The translations under genes were made by a program, and so were the position numbers. The notes beneath the pieces were generated by a model that did no database searches, was not told where the DNA came from, and saw nothing but the letters and a program-made list of their open reading frames with translations. Below are positions 21,957-32,460 of a DNA stretch of 64,000 nucleotides, one piece after another. Each line of letters opens with the position of its first letter. The stretch's first letter is position 1. This DNA comes from Mantamonas sphyraenae STR306 (lineage: Eukaryota > Protista > CRuMs): NCBI GenBank assembly GCA_026936335.1, contig JAPMXV010000049.1, positions 372,001 to 436,000 of the forward strand. Direction: 5' to 3'.

Positions 21957-23922
21957 ATGAGCAATCAACGTGAGCTTGAACAAAAGTGGACACAGTTGCT
22001 CGATGGTGGGAATCTCGACGAGATCTGCGCAGCGATGGCAGAGACAAAGGTGAGCGTGGACCTCCTCCCTCATGGTCGAGTGCGGGTGCTGACCCTGGCA
22101 CACACAGGAGCTGAGGCTTTGGGAGGCAAAGATAAACGAAGAAAAAGCATGTTTGATTGCAGATGCTTTGAGTGAGAACACCACAGTGCTGGACTTGCTC
22201 CTGGACAACAGCGACCTGGGCACCGAGGGCACGCGACCCTTGGCCCGCGCGTTGAAGGCAAACAAGACCCTACAAGGCTTGTACTTGTGGTGGAATGCAA
22301 TGGGAAACGCGGGTGCCGCGGCATTGGGTGAAGCAATCAAGGAGAATGCGCGTCTGAGGATCCTTGCGTTGGGACAAAACGGAATCGGTCGTGGCGGAGG
22401 AATCGGCCTTGCCGAGGGCCTGCGAGTGAACAACACGCTGAAGGACCTGGACCTGAGCTACAACCCCATTGGACGGGCAGCAGCATGTGAATTGGGCGTG
22501 GCCCTGCGAGAGAACAGAGGCTTGACGTCCTTGACTCTCCACAGCACCAATCTCGGCCCCAGAGGAGCTGCAGCACTCGGACAATCACTGGAAGTCAACT
22601 CATCGCTGACAAATCTTGTTCTCAGTTGCAATGACATCGGGCACGCTGGAGCCAACGCCCTGGGAAAGGCAATGGCGTCCAACTGTGCGCTGCAAACACT
22701 GGATCTGCAAAAGTGTGGTGTTGATTGTGAAGGAGCGATTTCTCTGGCCACGGGACTGTGTCTCAACCATGGCTTGGAGCATTTGAGTCTGCGCCGCAAC
22801 AAGGTAGCATCGCGGGGGGGTGCCGAACTGGCAAGAGCTCTGGAGGCAAACTCGAGACTGCGGATCTTGAATCTGGTCGACAACAGCATTGGGGTCGAGG
22901 GAGCTACGGCTCTGGCACATGCAATTGCCATCAACAGCAGTTTGGAGCAGCTGGACCTGTATCGCAACGGAATCGGAGCAGAGGGCGCAGCTGCATTGGG
23001 GGAAGCTCTGGAGGAAAATGGGAGCTTGATGCAGTTGGTGATGAGCATGAACAAGGTGGGTGACGTTGGGGCAACCGCACTGGGGATGGCATTGTGCCTC
23101 AACACAACGCTCAAGTCGCTGGAACTGAACCACTGCGACGTTGGTGCGGAAGGGGCAACGGCATTGGCCAAGGCACTGGCGGAGAACAGCAGTCTGGAAC
23201 ATTTGGAGCTCATGGGAAACCTGATCGAAGATGAAGGGGCAGCCGCGTTGATCGAAGCGACGGCGACCAACACGTCGCTCTATAGTCTGGACCTGGAGGA
23301 CATGGGAACCAAAGCCGGTGGAGCTCTGGCCGCAGCCATCCGGAAGAACAACGACCTCCAATGGCTTGGTGCAAGTGTCACGGGCATTGGTGAAGACGCA
23401 CAGGCAGCGGTTGCGGCTTCAATGAGGGACAACCACACGTGCTGGTGCATGGAAGACGTGACAAACACGCAACTACAGCACCTGCTCGAACGCAATCGTG
23501 CCAGGGGGAAGAAGTTTGCCGATGCAGCGAGCAGGGGAGACCTCCGTGCGATGGAGACGCTGGCAGATGCAGGGGTCGACGGAAGAGCTCGTGGAGGCAA
23601 TCTTGGCGGTGCTTTGACCTACGCGGTGATGTGCAGTCAGTGGAAAGTCGTGGAGCGCCTGAGAGAATGGGGAGCGAAGCCCAGGTTTGCTGCAGTGACT
23701 CTTGCGAGGAAAGGCGGATGGCAGAAACAGCGGCATTGGATTGGGTGGGGAAAGCAGGTGGATGCGATGATGGAGGTGGCCCTCGTGATGAATGAGGAAG
23801 AACGAGAGGTGATGTTTGAGGCGGGGGGCATGGATGGGTATGTTCCAACTGGGCTGTGGTGCACGCTGCCAGATGAGGTGATGGATAGGGTGTTGAGGTG
23901 GATGGGAAATGCACGATGCTGA
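21957..23922 (+). CDS. RI-type LRR plus ankyrin plus F-box/SOCS-like module (family member C), tandem paralog of B
   Basis: Exon 1 MSNQRELEQKW...AETK. Intron 22050-22107, at the same position as in B, joins it to ORF 22153-23922. Confidence 0.87.
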
Positions 23923-23942
23923 ATTCACTTCTGTGTCAAGAC

Positions 23943-26900
23943 TCAAATCAGGCTGGGGAACGTGGGACGACTCGCCTTGAATCGCACCAGCTGGCCCACA
24001 GTCAACATCTCCACACCTTCCACGGTCACCCGTGACGCCTCCAATGGCTCATACTCGGCCTTGGACTCATCCTCAATGTGCTCGCTAGCTTCTTCGTTGC
24101 TCTCCAGTGCTGCCTTGACCAGCTCCTCGTGTGCGGTCTTGCGTTTGTGCTCCACCAGCATGTCCAGCGCCTCCACTGCCTGGCACATGTCCTTCAGGTA
24201 AGCCAGTGGCTCCATCTCTCCGTCCCACACCAGCGGCTTCCACTTGTTTGCAAACACCTGCGACGAAAGCACCCGCCGCTCCTTCCCGCTGGTGATCCTC
24301 TGGAAGAATTGCACCAGCTCGTCCTGTTCGATGGCCTCCACAATCGCCGCCTGCTCCTTGTACACGTCAAAGTTGTACGTGCGCGCCTGGATCTGCTTCC
24401 AGTACATTGCCGTCTCCTCCTTGAGCGTCTTGAACCGTTCCAGCTTGCGTGCAATCAGCGACGCACGCACTTGCTCGTACTTCTCTGCCGCCATGGTGCT
24501 CAGGTACGTGTGCAGCACGGGCAATACCGCCTCCACGCGAGCGTGCAGATACATCGCGTCCTTGTCGCTCGACTGCACAATGACACGCCACGCGTGCACC
24601 TCGTCGTCCGTGCGTCCGCCACTCCACACCAGGTAGCCCAACTGCTCCACCGTGCGCAGCTGCTGGAACACCTCCTTGCCTGTGAGGCCCTCCAACAGGT
24701 CCAGCAGACACTTTTCGCGCATGTCGTTGAACCCAATCTGGAACAGTACCTCCACTGCGCTGTTGTCGTCCACGTCGTTGGTGTGCGCCTGTTGCACGTA
24801 TGTGGTCTTGCCCTGCGGCAGCTGTACGATGCGCTGCTGCGGCACTTGCGACTCGGCAATCGGAGACACCTGCATCTTGTTCAGCACCAGCTCAAACATG
24901 TCCATGGCATGCTCGGGCGACATGCTGCCGTGCACCAGCGCCTCCACCTTGATGTCTCGTGTCAGCTTCTCTGCAAACGCCTGCACCTCCTCCAGTCCGA
25001 TTCTGTCGATCACCGCAAGGTACTCGTCGATCGTCCACCGGTTGGTTTCCAACGCAACGCTGTTTGTGTACAGCGCCAGAGAGTACGGCTGCGTCATCTT
25101 AAAATTGGCCCATTCGCGCTTGAGCACGTTGTGCACACGCGCATACTGTGCCTCCTCAATGACCAGTGTGCGGAAGCGCAGCAGCACGGCGTCCAACAGC
25201 TCCGGCAGCTTGTGCACGTAGCCACGCACACCCACATTGATGCCACGGAACGTCTTGGCCACCTCGTAGCGCAGGCCCGCAAGCTCTGCGTCGTACGCAA
25301 ACTCGTTCAGCGAATCCTTGACCAGCCGCGTCACGAGCGACGCGCACACAGACGCACGTGGCGACCCGTACGCGGCCGGCGTGATCAGCTCCACGTTCAC
25401 CGTCGCCTTGGGCTGCTCAAAGATGTCGTCCACCTTGTGCCACAGTCGCACCAGATCCGTCTCCATCACCAGCGTCGGCTTGTGTGCCTTGTCCTGTGGC
25501 ACGGCCTCGTGCAGGACCGGGAAATCCGTCGGAATGAACGGGTTCGGACCAGGCAGCGACAGCGCAGGGTCCACCTCGGTCAGCGACGTCCACTCCTCCA
25601 TCCATTCCGCTTCGATGGGCTCCAGGCTGTACTCTGTGCCGTACCACCGTTCCGTCTTGTCCGTCTGGCCTGCAAACGCCTGCGACACAATCGTCAGACG
25701 CACATCCTCCGCTTTGAGTACGTCCAGCATCTCTTGGATGGCCTCTGCGTCGTACTCGTACAGCAGATACGGCGCAGCAAGCACCTGTGCCGCAGGATAG
25801 TCCAGCAGACGGTGCGACAGCATCTGCGCCACGCTCACAGGTTGGCCAAACTCGCGGAAGCGAAAGTCCATGTCGCCCAGCTCCTTCAGTTCTTGCCAGA
25901 TCCACTCCTGTGGCCCTGCCTCCTGCAACATCTTGATGTACTGCAGCGTCAGCGAGGCAATCGCGCGCACGTTGGCCATTCCAGACTCTGTCAGCTTGAT
26001 GGACACCTTGAACAGCTCAAAATCCGTGTTGCGTCCAGATCCTGCGCCGGCTGTCAGCTCTTCCGCCCAGTCCTTGGCCTTGAGCAGCGACAGCAGCGAG
26101 CCGGGGCCTTCGTGGCCCACGAGGTGTGCCACGTACCGTTGCGGCTTGCTGCGGTACAACGAAATCACATCCTTCATCTGCCAGGCCATGGTCAGGGTGC
26201 GTTGGTCCTTGACCGGCACCACCTTGGTCACCGTGCCCAGCTGTTCCTTTTCAAACGGCATCATGCCCGGGAACGTCGGCCGTTCAACCTTGTTGTTGCG
26301 CACATCTGCAAACAGCTCCTTGACCCACTCCTCCAGCGTGTCCAGGCTTTGGTTGCCCACCACCGCCAGCGTCATGATGTTCGCCGAGTAGTACTGCTCG
26401 TGAAAGTCAATCAGCACCTTGCGGATGTCCAAGCCCTTTTCCTTTGGCCACTCCTCCAGCGTCTCCAGGTTGCCCGTGCCAAACTTGCTCAGCGGATGCT
26501 TAGGCGAAGCAGACGACCGCTCCAGCTGCATTTCCCGCCAAAAGTCGTTCTGCACATTCTTGGCGTGTTCGTTGTGCACGGCGTTCATCTCCCGATTCGT
26601 GCACGACGCGTCAAACAACGGCGCAATAAAGAATTGCGAGAAGCTGTGCGTGGTGGCCATGCAGTGTGGCACATGTGCGGTGTTGTGGACGTCGGGCCGG
26701 CATTGCGTGTGGTGTGTGTGTGTGTGTGTCAGCATCCAACGGCGGGCGGCTTTCGCGGTGAGTGGGAGGGCATGGCCCCAACAAACTTCCGGCTGGAGTG
26801 CCGAAACAGGAGTCCACACGCGGCCACGTACCGGTCGAGAGCGCCATGCAGGGCATCGTTGAGGACGGAAAAGTAGTACACGGTTTGGCAGGTGGCTGTG

Positions 26901-27385
26901 TAGGCGTTGCTGCTGCCTCCGTTGTCGCTCAGGTAGCTCTTGTACTCGTTTTCGTCCGGAAACTTCTCGGTGCCCATGAACAGCATATGCTCGAGAAAGT
27001 GAGCCAGACCAGGCACCTCTTCAGGGTCGCTAAAGTGGCCCACGCCCACAGACAGGCACGCGGCACCCTGGGGAAGCGTCCACACGTGTCAGCTGGCCCG
27101 GGGCCGGAATTGGAGCAAACGACTGAGACCGGCTCTTACCTTTTCCTCCTCGGGGTCTGTAGCCAGCACCACACGCAGACCATTCTCCAGTGTGAAGCTG
27201 CGGTAGTCGCGCTTGTCCACAGACGGTTTGTTCAATTCAGTCACGTAAGAGTCAGCCATGGATGTGGTGTTTGCGGTGGCGCTGCCGGTGGTCTCCTGCC
27301 CCATCAACGCCTCCATTGCCACCGACGCCTGTGCATCGTCACCCGCCACCGCCACAACGGCCATCAGAACCAGCATCATCCACAT
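23943..27385 (-). CDS. IDE: Insulin-degrading enzyme / M16A metallopeptidase, with a possible N-terminal signal peptide
   Basis: Inverted zinc motif 'GLAHFLEHMLFMGTEKFP' and 'DKRDYRSFTLENGL'. Introns 27068-27139 and 26644-26831. Alternative start at 27259. Confidence 0.93.
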
Positions 27386-27595
27386 TGTGTGTGTGTGCAT
27401 GGCTGCCATGCCTGCCCAAAGTCGGATTCCAACGAATTCCCCCCGGGATGCTGCTGGTTGCTGACGTGGGTTGTTTGCATCCACCAGCGCAATGCCATTT
27501 CCCCCTTCCCTCCATTCCCCTCCATTCACCCATCCATGGAACCACACACACACACACACACTGTCTCTCTACACCTGCCCATTCGCACCCAACAC

Positions 27596-29859
27596 ATGGA
27601 AGCGTACGACGTCAAGGAACAGATTGGACGTGGTTCGTTCGGTTGTGTCTACCTGTGCTACGACAAAGAGGATGGTGGCCAGGAGCCGTTGGTCTTGAAG
27701 CGCATCGAGCTGTCGTTGGCCACCGAGAAGGAGGTGGAGCAGGTGGTGACCGAGGCCCAAACCATGGCCGATTTGGAACACCCAAACATAGTCAGTTACC
27801 ACGACTCATTCCTGGACCAGAACGCAGTGTGCATTGTGATGGAGTACGCCGATGGTGGCTCCCTGGAGGCTGTGGCCGGCAAGCAGTCCCTTTCCCAGCG
27901 CCAGGCCCTGCTCTACTTTGGCCAGATCCTGCTGGCCGTGGCACACATCCACTCCTTGCACATCCTCCACCGCGACATGAAACCAGACAACGTCTTTCTC
28001 ACCGCCCAGGGCGTGGTCAAACTCGGAGACTTTGGCCTCAGCAAATTCGTCTCCTCGCAGAGTTTGGCGCAGTCTGTGGTCGGCACGCCGTACTACATGG
28101 CCCCTGAACTGTGCCAATGGCAGGAATACGACGGTGCATGTGACATCTGGGCCTTGGGATGCATCCTGGTGGAGTTGCTGACCGGCCGCAAGGCCTTCAA
28201 CGCAGAGAACCTGCCGGCGCTGGTGATGCGCATCGTCCGTGCCGAGCCCGAACCTCTGCCAGACCATGTGGACCCAGAAGTGGCCGCCATGGTGATGAGC
28301 ATGTTGTCCAAGGACCCATCACAACGTCCCACAGCCCAGGACCTGTTGGAGTCACCCTGCCTGCAGGACACCCTCGTGTGGCTGGACACACACGGCAGCG
28401 ACCCGTTCCACGACGACTCGGAGTTGCAAGAAACGCACCGGGAGTTGTCGGAAAGCAAAGTGTTGGGAGTGGCAGGGAGTGGTGGTGGCAACAAGGTGGG
28501 AGGGGCCAGCGGATCGGCAGGCAGCAGTGGATTGCTTGCCGAACTGCAGAGTGGCAAATCGGTGCTGGAGGTCGGTCGCATGACATCATCATCATCATCG
28601 TCATCATCGTCATCGTCATCGTCTGCATTGTCATCACCCTCCTCCTCTAGAAGGCATGGGGGGAACAACAAGAACCACCACACACACACCCAGTTGTTCC
28701 GGTGGGGCTCGGGGCAATCCGTGCCTCGGCTGGTGGACGAGCTGTCACGACACGGACGGCGGGTGACCAAGGTTGCCATTGGACCACACCACAGCATGGC
28801 ATTGACAGACGATGGACAGGTGTACTCGTGGGGTCGAAACAGGTGTGGGCAGCTGGGACACGGAGGCACCCTGTCGCAACGCAGCCCACGCCTGGTGCTT
28901 GCCTTTGGGGCCACCCGTGTGGTGGACATTGCCTGTGGCAACGCACACTCTGTGTTTCTGGACGAGAGTGGCGCCGTGTGGGTGTGTGGGGAGGCCGACA
29001 ACGGCGTCCTGGGCATGTCTCTCCCGTACGACGATGACACCCAACAGCAGCTGCAACAGGTGGAATCGCCCGTATGCATCGACTCGCTGTCCGACAAGGG
29101 CATTGTCAGCGTCTCCTGTCTCGGCGGCGATGCCGTCATGGCACTCAGCGGCACCACCGGTCTCGTGTACGCCTGGGGCCGCGGCGAGAGTCTGTTGGGA
29201 CGTGAAACCACGGTGGAAACCTATGTGGTGGACACTCCTGCGGTGGTCAGCATGCCCAACGTCACAGGCACCGTACAGCGTATCCTGTGCGGCGACGACA
29301 CCTACGCCGTCATCGACGACCAGGGCAAACTCTACACCTGGGGCAGCTCCAGTCACGTGGGCCACGCAGGCGAGGCACCCGTTAGCGCCTCCCTCGTGCC
29401 TGTCTTGCAGAAATTGCCTGTCGCCGACGTCACCATGGGCAACGGCTTCATGGTGGTGTGCTGGAGCAGAGTGGACGCGTGTGGGTGTGTGGCGAATCTG
29501 GCCCTTGCCTGGGCCAGGGCAACATGGATGCCTCCCAGGCGTCTGCTCCAGCCTACGAAGAGTACGACCTCGAGGATTTGGGCCAGGAGGACAGTGTGAC
29601 GTATGGCCAGCCCGTATTGGAGCCAATCCTCGTGGACGAACTCCTCTCCCACGACATTGTTGCCATTGCTGCTGGTTCTGCACATGCCATGGCTCTCACC
29701 TCTTCTGGACGGCTCTTTACCTGGGGCAAGGGTTCCTTCCGCCAGCTGGGTCACGGTCAGGATCACGACGAGTGGTCGCCAAGGCTCGTCGGTCACTTTG
29801 CCGACTTGGATCTCAAGCGCATCTTTGCAGGCTTCACCACATCCATGGCTGTGGTGTGA
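27596..29859 (+). CDS. NEK8: NIMA-related kinase with RCC1 repeats (NEK8/NEK9-like); apparent frameshift at ~29456
   Basis: Kinase 'IGRGSFG...HRDMKPDNVFL...KLGDFG...VVGTPYYMAPE'. RCC1 repeats 'GQVYSWGRNRCGQLGHG' continue in a different frame (ORF 29458-29859 'GRLFTWGKGSFRQLGHG'). Confidence 0.85.
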
Positions 29860-29911
29860 TGCAAAATGAACGCAATCGTGGTGTTTTGGTGGTGTGGTCC
29901 ACACACTGCGC

Positions 29912-30694
29912 TCAATCTCTGCCCTCCACAGTACGCCAGCTCGTCAGGTGTCCCAAAATGCGCTCCAGCACCTCGCTGGGCTGCACATGCCACATACCCG
30001 TCGGCGTGTATGCATCCACACTGCCCACTGCAAACATGGCGTCCTCTTCCGTGTCGTTCATGGCCAGCACTGTCTCTACGGCGCGATCGAGGTGCGTGGA
30101 AAACAATCCATGTCGTTGCCTGCTCCAACACAGCTGCACATCTTCCAACACATGCCCCGTTGCATCCCACAGCTCTTCCAATGCATCGCGACTCTCCTTG
30201 CGATCGCACGTGTCCAACAGATCGTACACTCGTCCGCTGTTGCGTCGCAAATCCCCTGTGCTGATGTCCTCGTCGCCCTCGCCACTCACAGTCCTGTCCA
30301 GCAGCCCCGTGATGCACAACTGGAACAACATGCGCTGTTCCCTGCACCACTGCGCTTTGACTGCTTCCTCGTCGTCTTCGTCGTCGTTGTCGTCGTCTTG
30401 AAAGTGGACGAAACCGCAACCTGAGCGCAGCACCTGCTCCACCGTCGCCCTGCTGTCCCGCAGGAACAGATGCACACAATGGTACGATGCAAAGATCATG
30501 GCGGTTTCACAGCTGTCGATGTCCATGGCTGCCTGCTTGTTGCTCAAGGCGATTTCAAACACTTGGCAATTGTCAGCCATCAGAGCCACCGCTGCAGAGC
30601 GCCTGTCCACCTGCTGACCCAGGAACAGCATCTCCTGCACCTTGGCAACATCCCGACTGTAGATTGCGTGCATGAAGCGGGGCATTTCGTTCAT
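29912..30694 (-). CDS. Degenerate ankyrin-like protein with the same C-terminal F-box/SOCS-like module (family member D)
   Basis: Tail 'WSRQRHGLFSTHLDRAVETVLAMNDTEEDAMFAVG...YTPTGMWHVQPSEVLERILGHL' aligns with members A-C. Start chosen so it does not overlap SPS2. Confidence 0.65.
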   Translation of the reverse strand: MNEMPRFMHAIYSRDVAKVQEMLFLGQQVDRRSAAVALMADNCQVFEIALSNKQAAMDIDSCETAMIFASYHCVHLFLRDSRATVEQVLRSGCGFVHFQDDDNDDEDDEEAVKAQWCREQRMLFQLCITGLLDRTVSGEGDEDISTGDLRRNSGRVYDLLDTCDRKESRDALEELWDATGHVLEDVQLCWSRQRHGLFSTHLDRAVETVLAMNDTEEDAMFAVGSVDAYTPTGMWHVQPSEVLERILGHLTSWRTVEGRD

Positions 30695-30764
30695 TTGGAT
30701 GATTGCAATGGCTGCGCTGTGGCTCGCAAGGCAAACTCTTGTAGCGAACAGCGATCCAGCGAAC

Positions 30765-31994
30765 ATGTCCCACACAGAAGAGTTTGACCCTACGTCGGTG
30801 GGGTTGGACAAGGACTTTCGGCTGACCAAGTTTGCCAAACTCAAAGGCTGAGGTGAGTGGTGTGAAGGCGTGGATTCCTCCTCCCCCGGGGTTTCTCCGG
30901 ACACTTTCCGGCTGACACGGCGCACAGGCTGCAAGGTCCCTCAAAGCAAACTACTCGAATACCTGGGGGGTAGGTGGACGTAGGGAACACACGGTGCGGT
31001 GCACACGGACACGTCTGACACAGTGTGGACACCACACACAGGCCTTGAAAACAGCAAGATTGGCATGGACTGCAGCATCGTGCCAACCAAGTACCCGGAG
31101 CTGCACATGGTGTCCACCACCGACTTTTTCTACCCACTGGTGGAGGATCCGTATGCCCAGGGCAAGATTGCATGTGCCAACGTTGTGAGCGACATGTACG
31201 CCCTGGGGGTGGTGGACATCGACAACCTGCTCATGCTCCTCAGCGTGTCGATGGACATGACCATGGGTGAGCAGGACGTGGTCACCAAACTCCTCATGCA
31301 AGGCTTCAGTGACCAGGCTGCCGAGGCTGGCACCGAAGTCACCGGCGGTCAAACCGTGAAGAATCCGTGGGTGATCATCGGTGGCGTGGCACAGTCCGCC
31401 TGCATGGAGAGCGACTTTATTCGGCCCGAACACGCTCGTTCGGGCGATGTGTTGGTGCTCACCAAGGCGTTGGGCACACAGGTGGCCGTCAATGCACACC
31501 AGTGGCTCGTCGAAGGCAACACGGACAAGTTGGACCTCATCAAGGATGTGCTCACACACGACGAGATCATGGAGGCCTACGACAAGGCTACCCAATCGAT
31601 GATGCGACTCAACCGCAACGCGGCAAAGCTCATGCACACACACGGCGCACACGGTGCCACAGACGTCACCGGCTTTGGCATCCTTGGGCATGCAAACAAC
31701 CTGGCCATGAACCAGAGTCGTCACGTCAAGTTTGAACTGCACACGCTGCCCTGCATCAAGCACATGCTGGCTGTGAACGAAAAGGTCAGCTTTGGTCTGC
31801 ACAAGGGTGGCTCTGCCGAAACGAGTGGAGGCCTGCTTGTCGCCCTGCCCGAGGACGTCGCGCAGACCTTTTGCGACGATCTCTGGAAGCTCGACGGCGT
31901 CGAATCCTTCATTGTGGGGCGGGTGCTCGACGCAGCCGAGGACGAACAGAAGCATGCGTACTTTGCAGAGGACATGACACACATCGAGGTCTAA
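30765..31994 (+). CDS. SEPHS2: Selenophosphate synthetase 2 (selenoprotein; Sec encoded by TGA 30849-30851)
   Basis: Exon 1 'MSHTEEFDPTSVGLDKDFRLTKFAKLKG-TGA-G', intron 30853-30927, 'CKVPQ', intron 30970-31041, then 'IGMDC...STTDFFYPLVEDPY...TDVTGFGILGH...ETSGGLL'. This reconstructs the canonical KGUGCK motif. Stop is TAA. Confidence 0.95.
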
Positions 31995-32194
31995 GGCGAC
32001 CACACCTGCCCGCACCATCGGGGTTCACTCAGACATCCATCCACCCATCCACCCATCCACCCACCCGTCCTCTCCCAACACACCCTGTCATTCGAGTATC
32101 TTTATCCCTGTTGAGGACAGGTACGGGTGGGTGTGCCATCCATCGTCTCCTTTTCTCTCTCTGTCTCCTTCTGTGCACTTTTCATCCTGCCTGT

Positions 32195-32275
32195 GCTCCA
32201 TGACGCCTGTCCCATTCGAAAGCTACTCCTGCTGTTGCGTGCGCGCACACCAGGCGGTGGGGCAACGCCGAGAGC
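32195..32275 (+). promoter_or_regulatory. Candidate eukaryotic SECIS element in the SPS2 3' UTR (type II-like, extended apex)
   Basis: ATGA (32200-32203), stem TGTCCCATTCG, AAA (32219-32221), apical hairpin, CGGTGGGGCA, GA (32270-32271), closed by GCT/AGC. Confidence 0.65.
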
Positions 32276-32460
32276 CCATCATCATCATGGTCGTCCACGC
32301 ACTCGCTCGGGGTCGAGTTTGCAGTGGATGCAGGCAGGCAAGGCACAAAGACGATTCCAGAGAGGTTCAAGATTCAAGACAACTGGCGTGTGTGAGAGAG
32401 GTGTTGGCCTCGCGACTCTACACAACAACAACAACAACCGTTTGTTTGTGCAATGTGTAC

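Noticed and set aside
13667-23922. Calling the LRR genes NLR receptors (NLRC3) or RanGAP
   Set aside because: No NACHT/NB-ARC P-loop domain and no RanGAP signature; only the LRR type is shared.
26762-27595. N-terminal ~280 aa of the 945-aa kinase ORF
   Set aside because: Antisense to IDE exons; the kinase domain begins at Met 27596.
30849-30851. UGA as a pseudogene stop or as genome-wide UGA reassignment
   Set aside because: It sits at the known Sec position in an intact gene, and most other genes terminate at UGA.
30695-30934. N-terminal extension of ORF 29912-30934
   Set aside because: It overlaps SPS2 exons 1-2 on the other strand, which carry the conserved KGUGCK motif.
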